DNA from: Vicugna vicugna
Lineage: Eukaryota
Reading direction: 5' to 3'
Length of the DNA: 64,000 bases
Assembly: GCA_013265495.1 (NCBI GenBank)
Contig: MU058584.1
Coordinates: forward strand, 5,276,508 to 5,340,507
The stretch's first letter is position 1; each line of letters starts with the position of its first letter. Position numbers and translations under genes: made by a program. The notes under the pieces are model-generated. The model made no database searches and was not told where the DNA came from. It was given only the letters and a program-made list of their open reading frames with translations. Shown here in pieces: positions 52,176 to 64,000 of this stretch.

Positions 52176-52699
52176 AAAAGGTGCTTAAATCTGAGCCCAG
52201 TTTTCTTATCTATAAAAAGAAAGCAATGATTCCTATGGGAGAATAAGTATGAAAAGGACTTCTTAGCTTTAAAATTTTCTAAAGAGTTAAGATTAAAATC
52301 AATAACTGGAAGACAATAAAGACACAAAGCATTCACTAACACGTGGGTTACATAAACGTGTATGACTTCTACCTCTGAAAATACGGTAGGCTATATAATA
52401 TGCAAACCTTCCCAACAAAAAGCTCTTAAAATTTCTGGATTACATATGGCGAGGCTCTCAAATGTACAACTGAACTTGTATGAAAATAAGGGAATGCCCC
52501 CAGACAGTGCTGTGGGTAAGACTGCCCTGAAAGACACTTGCATTCTCTTTACCCGTGGAAAAATCACATGAGAGCAAGAGACAGTTCCTTGAAGTGCACG
52601 AAGTGGAGGGAGGGATCAAAGAACTTGCATAAAGCCAGGAACATTGAAATACCACCCTCAGGAAAGGAGAACAAGAAAAGCATCTACCCACTGGAAAGG

Positions 52700-53375
52700 G
52701 GGACATAACAACAATACTTGACATACTATCCAGGGCTCCTTGGAAAAAACCTCCTCTGAGAATTCATAACCCCAACCCACCCTCATGTTGATGAAGGGTT
52801 CGTGTTTACACTATCTGTATATTCTCAGAAGCCCCAGGCTAAGAAATGAGTATAAAATAGTCCTAGATTATTAACAGAATCAAGCTTTTAGCAATTGCCA
52901 AGGCTAATCATATCTGGAGGGAGAAATACTCAAGGGAGGCTCCATAGGACTCCCACAGATGAAAGCCAAGCCAAACATGAGCTCAAAAGTGAAAATTATA
53001 AAGAGCATAAGTGATTAAGCCACCATGAGCAAGAGTCAGCAAAACAAAAAGAGCTCAACTGGATTCCTAAGAATTGAGACAATGCAATTATTGGTGAAAT
53101 TATAAAAATGTGTTTTTAAATTTATTTATAAATTAAAGATAACAACTAAAACATGAGAAAATAAGAAAACTAACAAGAAACAAGCAATTTTGGAAAAATT
53201 TATCTCCTAGAAGGGAATAGTCTGATTAAATTTAAAGCTAAGTTAAAGAGCAGATTAAACACATCTACAGGAAGAATTAGTCAACCAAGATAGATCTGAA
53301 TTAAAAATCCAGAAGTCAGCACAGAGAAGGAGATTAAAAATATGAAAGAGAAGGAAAATTCTATAATACTAGAAT
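52700..53375 (+). mobile_element. Ancient L1 (L1ME-type) 5'UTR/ORF1 fragment
   Basis: aagccaccatgagcaagagtcagca...gttaaagagcagattaaacacatctacaggaagaattagt...cagcacagagaaggagattaaaaatatgaaagagaag (ORF1 coiled coil). Confidence 0.8.
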
Positions 53376-54287
53376 GTGAAGTTTCTTTCTATGCTCAGTT
53401 TCTTATAAAGGTAGTAATGCCTATTTTATAGGATTGGTGTCAAGATTACATGAGATACCAATCACCCAGTATAGGACTGGGCACACAGTGGACTCAAAAA
53501 AGTTTTATTCTCCTCCAGACGTCAAGCTACTCCAGGGAAGAAACCACATTTTATTTGTATTATATATGTCCTATCATTAATAGGTCTCTGACATGCAAAA
53601 GGTGCTCAATAGACGTTAACCTAAATGAACAGACCGTGTCTTCTCAGAAACATTTGTTTCTCAGAGGCACAGCATCTTAGAGGTCCAGAGGCTAGGGTAG
53701 TGATTCTGAAGTGAACTGTGACACGTGCATCCCTGTGGGGCTCATACCCAGCCAATCACGTCCCCTCTGCCGCTGCAGGAGCCCTTGTCATTTGTCTCTG
53801 GGGAACACTCATCAGTCCTCTCCATGAATGATTTTCTCCTTGCTCCTTGGACTCCTGTCACCACGTGCCACTTCTCATCTTCTCAGCTGCTCTCCTACTC
53901 CTCGCCTTGATTGTTCCGTCTTCCTCTACCGCTTTCCACCACACACCACATGGCTCTTCCTCGCCTGCCCTGAGTTCAGGGTTCTTCGCCATCCACAAGC
54001 CTCACCAGGGCATCCTGGGCTCTCTGGGTCAGCTAACTCCCCCTCCTGCTAGCAGCCCTGCTCATCCCTAAGGAGACGAGTGATGCTAAGAGCCTTCCCG
54101 TAAACTCTCTTTGCGAGTTACGTTCAGTGAGCCCAGAGTGTGTCGAGCAGGTGGTGCTCTTCTAAACACAATCTAGGAAGCACACAGTGATCATGTGCTT
54201 TATCCTATAATATTGAGAAGCCTATAGGGCAGATGCAGGAAAAAGCATTTTTACCCATTTTTTTCAACTTTCTCCAGGATCAAATGA

Positions 54288-55060
54288 GGCAGCCCCAGTG
54301 CAGTGGGTCGAGCATGATCTCTGGAGTTACGTGGACAAACATTTGTGTCCTTGCTCTGCATCTTCCAAATAGTGTTTCTTAAGTTCTCTAAACCTTAGTG
54401 TCCTCATTTGTAAAAACTGAGATTACAATACCTATCGCGCAGTGTTGTTAGTTGATAACATACATATTTTGTATGTATCAATGAATAACAAAGCAATTCA
54501 AAATTTAGTGGCTTAATACAGCAATCATTGTTTATTAGATCTTGTGGTTTTTGTAGGTCAGGAATCTGGAAGCAGTTAAGCTGGGCTATTCATTCATCAG
54601 GATGCAGTCAGCCGGTGGCTAGAGCTACAGTCATTTTGGAGGCTTTTTCATTCACAGTTCTGGTGCTGGGGCTGGGAAGACAAATTGTAGGTGCTGGGGC
54701 AGCTGGGGCTGCCTGGGCATCTCCCCCTATTCCCCTGGGGCCTCCCCACCTGGCCGTCCTGCATTTGTCCTGCAGGGTCCCTGGATTTCTTACACGGCAG
54801 ATCAGGGCTCCAAAGGCAGGTGTCCTGAGAGAGAGAAACAGAGGCAGCTGTATCACCTTTACTGTATCTGGCCCCGAAAGTCACACGGCGTCACTTCCAC
54901 TGCCTTCTATTCACTAGAAGTGAGTTGTTACTACCAGCCCATAATCAGTGGGAGAGGAATTAGATCCCTTCTCCTTTTGAAGGAATATCCAAAATTTGTG
55001 GATGTCCTTCAAAAGCACTGCAGTATGTGAAATGCCTGGTCTTCGATAAGTGGTGGCAAG
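54288..55060 (+). mobile_element. MIR SINE split by an MLT1 LTR
   Basis: gaggcag...agtgcagtgg...tctggagtt...ctctaaaccttagtgtcctcatttgtaaaa | gtatgtgaaatgcctgg...ataagtggt. Confidence 0.8.
54470..55022 (-). mobile_element. MLT1E/F-like MaLR solo LTR
   Basis: aaaatttagtggcttaatacagca...ggtcaggaatctgg...gaaagtcacacggcgtcacttccactgc...aaatttgtggatgtccttcaaaagcactgca. Confidence 0.9.
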
Positions 55061-56591
55061 TTTTTCTTTTTTAATTGACATGGAGATGATTTACAATACT
55101 GTGTTAGTTTCAGGTGTACAGCATAGTGATTCAGGGCTTTTTTGTAGATTATATTCCATTATAGGTAATTATAAGATTTAGATGTAATTCCCTATTCTAG
55201 ACAGTAAATCCTTATTGCTTGTCTATTTTATGTATCGTAGTTTATATCTGTTAATCCCATACTCCTAATCTGTCCTTCCTCACCTCCATGTACCCTCTGG
55301 TAACTGTAAGTTCATTTGCTACGTCTGTCAGTCTGTTTCTGTTTTGCATATAGATTCATTTGTATTATTTTTTAGGTTCCACATATAAGTGATATCATAT
55401 AGTATTTGTCTTTCTCTGACTTTTTTCATCACACATCATATTCTCTAGCATCAGCATTCATCCATGTTGTAAATGGCAGTGATTCATTCTTTTTATGGCT
55501 GAGTAAAATTCCATGGCACACACATATACAGCTTCTTATTAAGCCAATCATTTGTTGATGGGCACTTGGGTTGTTTCCATGTCTTGGCTATTGTAGATAG
55601 TTCTGCTAGGAACATTGGGGTGCATATTTCTTTTCAAATTAGACTTTTCATTTTTTCCAGATATGTACCCAGGAGTAGGATTGCTGGATCATCTGGTAGC
55701 TCTATTTTTAGCTCTTTAAGGAACTCTCATACTGTTTTTCATAGTGGCTACACCAATTTACATTTCCACCAACAGTGTAGGAGGATTCCCCTTTTTCCAC
55801 TCCCTCTCCAGCATTTATTATTTGTAGACTTTCTGATGGTGGCCATTCTGACTGGTGTGAGGGGATGCCTCATTATAAGCTGTGGTGTGGAGTGAGTGGA
55901 GCCAGGGCATTCTTGCTGGGAGATGCACCGCTGTGTGCTCCTGCACGTGCTGACAACGGCCGCCGCTGCCCTACCCAGATCACACCCCAGCCCCAACCCT
56001 CCCAGTCTGTTTCTCTGCATAGCTAGACCAGGTCTTTTCCCAGGATCCAGTTGACCCAGATCTCACACCAGGCTGTGATGTGGAGTGAGGGGGGCTGGTA
56101 TGTTTGTCCCATTCAGATTGAGAAGGGTGGGGAGCCAGTAGCCACCAGTGCAAGGTTCTCTCTGCCCCGATTGTTGGCAAGCCAACATGCGTGCACTCCT
56201 TGCAAGCAGACTCTAGGCTTCTCCAGCCCTTCTGTCTGCCCCAGGGTTCTCCAAGCAACCAAGGAGACTTGTGTCCTCCATGCAGGACCCCAGGACTAGG
56301 TTGCCCAGATTGTGGCTCAACCTGCTTGCTCTCCGTGGTGAGAGTTCACCCGTGCAGACCTTCTCTTCCTTTCAGATCCCGCCCAGAGGTTCAGGTCTTG
56401 ACCCAATGCCTTTTTGCCCTTTTCCTTGGTTATGTGGTGATCTTTCTTGCAGCTTTGGTTGAGTAGGAATTCTGCCAGTTTCCAGTTAGTTTCACATGAG
56501 AGTTGTTCCACATGTAGATGTATTTTTTAATTTGTTTTTAGGGGGAGGTAAATTCCACATTCTCCTACTCTGCCATCTTGATCCACCTCTC
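55061..56591 (-). mobile_element. Internally deleted L1: 5'UTR (about 55878-56591) fused to ORF2 C-terminus/3'UTR (55061-55877)
   Basis: ORF 55748-56020 ends [38 protein letters not shown] (ORF2 cysteine-rich region); 5' end ctcctactctgccatcttgatc carries the YY1 motif CAAGATGGC on the minus strand at 56572-56580. Confidence 0.85.
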
Positions 56592-56777
56592 TGTTATTTT
56601 TTTAAATGTATGGGATGACTTAAAAAATAAGACAGAAGAATGTCTCTGCCCCCTACCCCCTACCATTCTTATCTTCACTCCCCATGAACTCACTCATCCT
56701 GTGAGGAGGTGAAAGCTTTTATCAATTTAGGCAAAAGATAAAACAGAAGAATAAAAAGGAGAAGCAAAAGTTAAAAT

Positions 56778-57025
56778 AGTTGACATTTATTGATCACTTG
56801 CTATATGTCAAGTCTGGTGTTAAATGCCTTATATATATCATTTTAATCCTTGGAAAAAACCCATAAGATTCTATCATTAGTTAACCTCTTTTGTGGTGAA
56901 GAACTCTAAAGTCTACAAATGTTAAATGAAGTGTCCAGACTCAGCCAGCCAGAAAGACACAGCAGGAATGGAAGCCACTGTGCTGACCTGAAGGCCCGTG
57001 TGTCCAACCACCATGCCCACTGCCT
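56778..57025 (-). mobile_element. MIR SINE, near full length
   Basis: acatttattgatcacttgctatatgtcaag...tgttaaatgcctta...ttttaatcct...aaccaccatgcccactgcct. Confidence 0.88.
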
Positions 57026-57791
57026 GGGTAATCTCAGCTGGGAGAATCAGCCGAGAACCTTTGAACTAATTTTTACATCCTTTGGTTAATGTAATTTGAG
57101 AGGTTAAGGTCATCTGAGAGAGCAGATGGAACATAACCAATGAATTCAAGAGGTTCTTGAACCCAGAAAGCGAAAGGCCACGTTGTTGCTGACAGAGCAG
57201 AGCGAGTAGAGGCCCCATGCAGACAGCCAGGCAGCAGGGGGCTGGCATGTAGGCCCTGGAAACAATCTCCACCAATAATTCAGGGGCTTCCCCACAGCCT
57301 TTCCTCCAGGGTGTGGAAAACACCCACTTGGGGTTGACTGATGATCTGAGAATTTGTTGGGTAATTGAACAGGAAGAGGTAATTACTCAGGGACGGAGGA
57401 AAATCTTATCAGATTCAGTCCTCCTGGCCGGGCCATGGGTGGGGTGCCAAGGGGATAGATCCCAGACCTGTGAGTCCCAGGACACAAGAGCACTGCCTGG
57501 CCTACACCCTCCACCCAGGCGCACGGAAGTTGTCACACAAGAAAAGATGGACTGTGTCCTCCCAGGTGGCTCACGAGAACTTGAGCGGCACCTTGGGCAG
57601 TGGGCCGTCCTCAGGTCCACACCCCTGCCTCCCCCAGCAGCTCCTTCTATAGGTGCCTTCTGAGATCTGCTGCTGGATTTCCAGGGCCCCGTCTTCATTT
57701 GTTCCTCTCCATTCCTGTCTAAACTCTCAAAGCACGTTCCTCTCTCCTACAGAATGGCCTTCAAAGTATCCCTGATGCAATCTCTTCGAAA

Positions 57792-57915
57792 TCAGTCATT
57801 CAAAAAATATTTATGAAGATTAGACTGTGTGCCAGACACAGTCACAGGCGCTGAGAACCCAGCAGGGAACAGGAGGAGCAAGGTCCCTGGCTTCCCTGTG
57901 CTGAGATTGTAGGGG
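57792..57915 (-). mobile_element. L2 3' end
   Basis: tcattcaaaaaatatttatga...ctgtgtgccagacacagtcacaggcgctgagaacccagcagggaaca. Confidence 0.85.
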
Positions 57916-58799
57916 ACTTTCACAGAAACAGGGTTTAAACTTCACCAAAGGAGCTTCTCTGGGTGGGAGGGATACAGGAAGAACTTACCCCAAATCGTGC
58001 CCAGCGATCTGGCCCTTCACATCTGATTGAAGTGGCAGCCTGTCACAGTCGGTGAAGCCATGGAAGTGGGACACTGAGCGACAGCCTGGGGCAAAGCACC
58101 TGGATTCTCAGCCTTGATGACTCAACTCTTTCAAGAGTGGCCTGTGCAGCCTGGGAATTCACCGACCCAGACCTTATCTGGGGCAGGAATGTGGTTGGTT
58201 TTTCTCACCACCACCTGCCCGGAGCTTCTAGGCTGAGGATTCCCAGGAAGGGAAAGTTGCTACATTAACCGTGTACTTACTCCCTTTTGCTTTAACCTCT
58301 TCCGTGTTTGTGACAATAATCCATGGGCCTTTTCAGCTCCCGTCCACTTACTCCTTCTGAAAGCAGACACTCTGCCCTTTGGCATCGTGTAGAACACACT
58401 GCCAGGGGTCACTTCAGTGTCACTTTACACTGAAAATTTGCAGGGGAGGAGAAGTTAATGTGGTGAACTGTAAGTAGGTAAAATATTAATATTATACAAA
58501 GAAAAGACATTAGGGACAGAATGAAAATGTCACCTGAGTTTAAAAGTTAAAGACAGAAGAGATCAAATAAATTTCAGCTTTTGGGCTGTCGGGATTCGGC
58601 TATGCGCCACCCCCAAGCCCCCAGTCCTACAGGGGACTCCTGCTCCCTCCCCTTCCCCCCTCCCCCTAGCCCCACGTCTCGTGGACAGGTTTAAAGGGCT
58701 CTGGCAGGAGGCTGCCCTCTGAGGTACCTCGGCCTCACTGATACCTTCTCCCAAATGCTCTCCAAGCAGAAGGAAAGACGTGGACACCAGAGAGGCAGC

Positions 58800-59355
58800 T
58801 TCGTTCAGCCGTTAGCAGGCTTTTATAACAAGCACACCCAACCAGACGTGGCCCTGAGCAACAGGACAAATGAGTCTCTCTCACAATACGAGCTGCCAAA
58901 GCAGAGAAGTTCCACCGTTACATAAAGGAGCAGCTCCAAGATGTCATTAAGGACCCAGGTTCTCTCTGTTTCCTCTCTGCTGTCCTCAGCTTGTGGGTGT
59001 TTGTTCTCACGGTATCCGGGTAACTGCTACATTTCCCAGCACTGTCTACTCACACAGTGACAGGGAGGCAGGAAAAGAGGGAGCGTTCCTACCCTGTATC
59101 ATCATTTAAGGAATGAGAAAAACATTTCCCTGTAGGTTCCCCCACCCTAGCAGATTTCCCCTCACATCACACTGGGTGAAATTACAGCGCAAAATTACAG
59201 ACAAAAGGAACGGGGTTACTGTGACTGGATTATCTAATCCATACTCTCCCGCCTCCTGGGGCTAGGTGGGAACCTCTCTTCCTCTAAAGATCATGGTCAC
59301 CAATAGCTGAACCAAAACAGGGTTCCGTCAGCACCGAGGCAGCCAACAGAGCGGG
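58800..59355 (-). mobile_element. Old MaLR LTR (MLT1K/L-like)
   Basis: gcagctccaagatgtcattaaggacccaggttctctctg...cagatttcccctcacatcacactgg...ctgaaccaaaacagggttccgtcagca. Confidence 0.85.
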
Positions 59356-59482
59356 TAAATCAGCACTTCCATCGTCCGTCATCTACCATCACAGATAGCC
59401 CCGTGGGAAAAGTGGGATGATTAATCAGAGAAAAATAAATGTCAACTGGCTTTCTGTTCCTGAGATGAAAGAGTTCCATTAC

Positions 59483-60162
59483 TTTTTTTTTATTTAATTT
59501 TTTTCACTTTTTTTAAATTGAAGTATTGTCATCTCAAACTCCCAGTTTATCCCTTCCCACCCCCTTCCCCTTGGTAACCATAAGTTTGTTTTCTATGTCT
59601 GTGAGTCGGTTTCTGTTTTATAAGTAAGTTCATTTGTCTTTTTTTTATATTCCACATATGAGTGATATCATGTGGTATTTTTTTCTCTTTCTGGCTTACT
59701 TCACTTAGAATGACATTCTCCAGGGACATCCATGTTTCTGCAAATGGCATTATTTTATTCTTTTTTATGGCTGAGTAGTATTCCATTGTATAAATATACC
59801 ACAAATTTATCCAGTCATCTGTCGATGGACATTTAGGTTGCTTCCATGTCTTAGCTATCGTAAATAGTGCTGCTATGAACATTGAGGTGCAGGTGTCTTT
59901 TTGAGTTAAGGTTCCCGCTGGATATATGCCCAGGAGTGAGATTGCTGGATCATAGGGTAAGTCTATTTTTAGTCTTTTGAGGAATCTCCATACTGTTTTC
60001 CATAACAGCTGTACCAAACTGCATTCCCACCAACAGTGTAGGAGGGTTCCCTTTTCTCCACAGCCTCCCCAGCATTTATTGTTTGTGGACTTTTGAATGA
60101 TATGGCCATTCTGACTGGTGTGAGGTGATACCTCATTGTAGTTCTGATTTGCATTTCTCTGA
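59483..60162 (-). mobile_element. Young 5'-truncated L1 with an internal 3'UTR deletion near 59530
   Basis: ORFs 59547-60017 and 59969-60181 encode the L1 ORF2 C-terminus ([31 protein letters not shown]...; REMQIRTTMRYHLTPVRMAI). Confidence 0.97.
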
Positions 60163-60943
60163 ACATTTTGTTTTTAATCACACATACTAAGCAACACTTC
60201 AGCAGGCAAGCCCACCAGACTGTTTTCCAAACCTGAAAAGTTTTGTCAGCTTGGAAGAAAGGAACATGCCAAGGTCAACGGAAGCCTGACCTCTGCCATG
60301 GAACAGGTTATGAAAGGGTCCATCTACTGTCTAGGGCACACACTTGGATGACAGAGTCATTTGGAACTGCCACCAGAAGCACAGTCCATGAAAGCTGGAT
60401 TTCTTGGTCATCCACCCTCCTAGATGTCACCCATCTCACTGCAGGGATAAGCAAATGGAAGGGCAAGCAGGGAAAGGGCATGCCCAAGGTCAGATAACCG
60501 GAGCCCCGTGAATCCCATACAAATAGAAGGACAAGAGAGGGTGATAGGGAGGAGGAAATTGGAGGAGACCTTCCTGAGCATAAACATTCCTCAAAACATA
60601 CAGAAAGTAGACATATCTAATCTTGAAGTTGAATAAATCTGGAGCCGGGTCATCTTCTGTAGCTTATATGGACAAGTTGCTGGACACTAGAGGAAGAAGC
60701 AAAAAGTGCATTTATGGTGCAGTTAAAAGTAGATGTGATGTCAGATTGTAACAGATGAATGTGGGTTTAAGCTGGAGAAAGAGAAAAGGCCTCTGTTCTT
60801 GGTTCACATTCTCCATGGACACAGACGGGGCTGCCCACGTATCACACAGGCTCTAAGAACTTCCTTTTAGAGGTCCTGTCCTTCATCGTAAGAAGATTAA
60901 AACGCACCCTTATCACATGCTAAACAATTGATATACAACTCGT

Positions 60944-61009
60944 CTTGAGTTAGATTGTGTTACTTGAGTGTTATTTGAGTTACTTGCATGTGTTACTTGA
61001 GTTACTCAA
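60944..61009. repeat. Short imperfect array of GTTACTTGA-like units
   Basis: cttgagttagattgtgttacttgagtgttatttgagttacttgcatgtgttacttgagttactcaa. Confidence 0.8.
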
Positions 61010-61259
61010 ATGTCCACATTCACTTCCTTTTTCCTATACTGCAGTCTTCATGCTTTGAAGTTACATTTTTTCCCCACGTCTTGCATGGAAAAGTTCTAAA
61101 CACTAGGCCCTGTGCCTACAGCATCAAATGAGTAAAATGAGAAACCATGGATCTTCAGACCCTGGACCTCCATGTAGAGGAGTGGTGGGAGTTAGGCTGA
61201 GCTGAGTTGAAGACAGCCACTACCCTTGTCACCTACCTTAGTGGTATATGTGACAGGAC

Positions 61260-61470
61260 CCATTCACATATGTATAGTACTTTGTGGCTTACCCAGTTCT
61301 TTCATGGATTTAATCTCATTTGATTCTCTCTAACAGCCTAGTATATAGACACTAAATTAATTCTGTTGATCAGAAAACTTTGGTTGAAAGGGATTAACTT
61401 GTTTAGCATCACACAACTAACACATGAAAGAACCCAGATTCAAAGAGTCATCTTGACATTCAACTGTGGG
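61260..61470 (-). mobile_element. MIR SINE (degraded)
   Basis: atagtactttg...atctcatttgattctctctaacagcct...gattaacttgtttagcatcacacaacta. Confidence 0.75.
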
Positions 61471-62219
61471 TCTTGGATCACAGCTTCAATTTCTTGTGGC
61501 TAGCTATCTCCTGAGTCTTCTTCTGGGAAAAGGGAAAGGCTAGTTGACTCCACTTCTCCTGGAATCTAAAACTAGTTGGAGTCAGACATCATTGGCTGAA
61601 GTTTCTCAGGTACAACTTGTTCATTTGAGTAAGAATAAGATCAAATGTCTTTCTCAAGATGACAGATCCAGACTCTGAATTCTACCATGTCAGCCTACAA
61701 CCTCAGAGGCATCTAAGCCTGAACAACCAGGTTTTCTCTACACAAGCTCCGTGTATCTCTGTTCTTCTTCCTAATCTCTGATTAGTAATAAAAAGGGGCA
61801 GTAGGACGTTGGGGACAGGCCCCCATCCCTATGAGAAAACTACAGTGATTGTTCCCATTGGACTTTCAAAGTCTGGGAAATAACCATGGCAGCCAGGATT
61901 CCCAGTGTTTACACAAGTTTACCACCAAGTTGTAAAAGCATGCAGTAGACAATGAAAGGACATCCCAGTTAGCTGCTCTATTCCAGATGTCTGGAATAAT
62001 CCTGTGGGAAAGACTAACAGCATGTGAGGAGAATCTGAACATTCTTGCTTACCTGTTGGCTTGGCTAAGCCTCACTAATGAAGTGTAAGTGAATCCTCCA
62101 AACCCTTATCCCTGGACCACTTTGAATTCTGTGTGTGATGTGTCAATGAGAAACCCCAAATGGAGGCGATATGTGCGGTGGTTCTGAAGTACTCTTTCCA
62201 CCATCCCTACTATAGTATC

Positions 62220-62325
62220 TTTTAAAGCCCTTGAGGGCAGGGACCACTTATATATTTTTGCAGCCAGTGTAGCATCTACCACAGGTGCTAAGCACGGAGT
62301 CATTGCTCAATAAATGTGTATTTAT
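62220..62325 (+). mobile_element. L2 3' end
   Basis: taaagcccttgagggcagggacc...tagcatctaccacaggtgct...tgctcaataaatgt. Confidence 0.8.
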
Positions 62326-62421
62326 TTTTGACTCTGTCTCACTCTGCCTGTACCACCGGAGGAAGTCCAGTGGGAAGTGAGTCACCTAAAGATGTCACAA
62401 TGACTCCACTCAGGACTTCCT

Positions 62422-62688
62422 CTTTTTTTTATAATTCTTATTTTTTATTGACATGTAGTTGATTTACAATGTTAGCTTCATGTGTACAGCAAAGCAATTC
62501 AGTTATACATATTTTTTCAGATTATTTTCTATTACAGCTCATTATAAGAAATTGAATATAGTTCCCTGTGCTATACAATAGGTCCTTGGTGTTTATCTAT
62601 TTTATATACAGTAATGTGTATCTATTAGTCCCAAACTCCTAGTCTATCCATCTCCCTCTCCCCCACTGATAAACACTTTGTTTTCTAT
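62422..62688 (-). mobile_element. Short L1 3' end with a clear target-site duplication
   Basis: polyT start and L1 3'UTR; TSD aggacttcct at 62412-62421 and 62689-62698. Confidence 0.95.
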
Positions 62689-62959
62689 AGGACTTCCTTT
62701 GAAAACATTCTTACTTCGAATTCTTCTCTGAAGGTCATTTCATTATATTAATAGTGCTAATACTGGAATTATAAACCCCATATGTAACAGCATAATTTAT
62801 AGCCGGGCAGAGTCCTTTCAAAAGCCCAGAAGTTTCAAAGTAAACCAAATGCTCCTCCCTCATTCCTCTCCACTCAAGCATTCTTTCTGTCACTCTAGAA
62901 GTGAAGTTACCTTGTTTCTAGCAAGAGGAGGAGGAAATGTCATTACATGTTGCCTTCCT

Positions 62960-63472
62960 GTGACTTCTCACTGCACTTGATATGAAATGCAAAATCCTTC
63001 CCACGGCTCCTGCCCACTTCTTCAGCCTCATTTCCTAGTGCTCTCCTGCTTCTCAACATTCCAGCCGCAGGACCCATCTTAATTTCCAGAACACTCAAGT
63101 CTCTTTTTACCACAGTGTCTCAAAGTAAAGTGTTTCCTCTGCCTGGAAAGATTTTCCAGGACTGATTTCTCAAGCCTCAGGTCATCTTTTAAATGTGGCC
63201 TCCTTCCTTGACCATAGAAGCACAGTAGATTTGCCCCCTCATCCATCATCTTTGTCATATTATCTATATTTTATCCTTTGCAGCACTCACTTGAATTTAT
63301 AATTGAATATTTTGTTTCCTTCCTGGTCTCTCTCAGTAGACTGAAAACCCCTGAGAGCACAGATCATGTTAATCTTGTTCTTGACTGTGTCTCCAGTGCC
63401 TCACACAGAGCTTCAAACCAAGTAGGGCCTCAATAAACACTTGTTGAATGAATGAATGAATGGATGGATGGG
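62960..63472 (+). mobile_element. L2 3' region
   Basis: atgaaatgcaaaatcctt...tcctctgcctggaa...ttgactgtgtctccagtgcct...ctcaataaacacttgttgaatgaatgaatgaatgg. Confidence 0.9.
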
Positions 63473-63844
63473 GTAGATGCTTTGAGAGAATGTATCCCTT
63501 GCTTTCTGAATCTCCTTCCTGTTTGTCCATCTCAGGTCCTTCCCAGAGGCTGAGGAACATTTTCTTCTAATCAGAGGACTCTATAAACATCTAGGGGTAC
63601 AGATAAGTTAGTTTTGGGGTGTGTGTGTGTGTAGTGAGGTAGGGGTAGGGAGTTCATTTGTTTCTACCAGGAGAATAGGGTGTGAAAATGTACCAGGAAT
63701 GAGGAAAAATGTACAGAATGCAGGTTGCGCATCATGGTGAATTCAGGAGTCCAGTTCCTGGGGCAGAAATTCATCCTTCCTCATCTTAGAGCTGTCCGTG
63801 GTTTAGTATGTGACAGATTGTAACTCCCAGCAAATGTAGGTCAT

Positions 63845-64000
63845 ATGCTGCTGAAAGGGAAATCTGTTTCCTTTTCTACTCACAGATGACTTCTGAACTC
63901 CAAATGTATGGGGGTTCTTCCCTACACCAAGTAATTCTCCAACACTGGCTGGGGGGGGGGGTGTCCCACAATTTAACTCAATTCTGAGACTATCTACCCA
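63845..64000 (-). mobile_element. MER21-like LTR, truncated by window end
   Basis: ttttctactcacagatgacttctga...ccaaatgtatggggg...ggtgtcccacaatttaactcaattctgagactatctacc. Confidence 0.75.

Noticed and set aside
59547..60017. Active L1 ORF2 (also 24966-25262 and 55748-56020)
   Set aside because: C-terminal fragments of truncated copies; endonuclease and RT domains are absent.

Overview
Mammalian genomic DNA, almost certainly camelid (alpaca/llama/camel): it carries two tRNA-derived Vic-1-type SINEs and several young L1 3' ends. The window is non-coding (intergenic or deep intronic). I found no recognisable host protein-coding exon, RNA gene, CRISPR array or prokaryotic system. Nearly all ORFs in the track are chance ORFs or decayed L1/Tigger1 fragments. 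Roughly half of the sequence is interspersed repeat: L1 of several ages, L2, L3/CR1, MIR, MaLR/ERVL LTRs, MER5/Charlie-type hAT elements, and a near full-length Tigger1 inside a MIR. The most interesting points are: an L1 whose 5'UTR is fused directly to the end of ORF2 (55061-56591); a near-perfect 121-bp tandem duplication differing only by indels; a ~350-codon open frame antisense to a MaLR LTR/internal segment; a GC/CpG-enriched domain at about 35-38 kb; and a few candidate regulatory sites (CTCF, AP-1). I do not see evidence for a novel biological system. Repeat subfamily names come from recall of consensus sequences, not from a search, and boundaries of old repeats are approximate.
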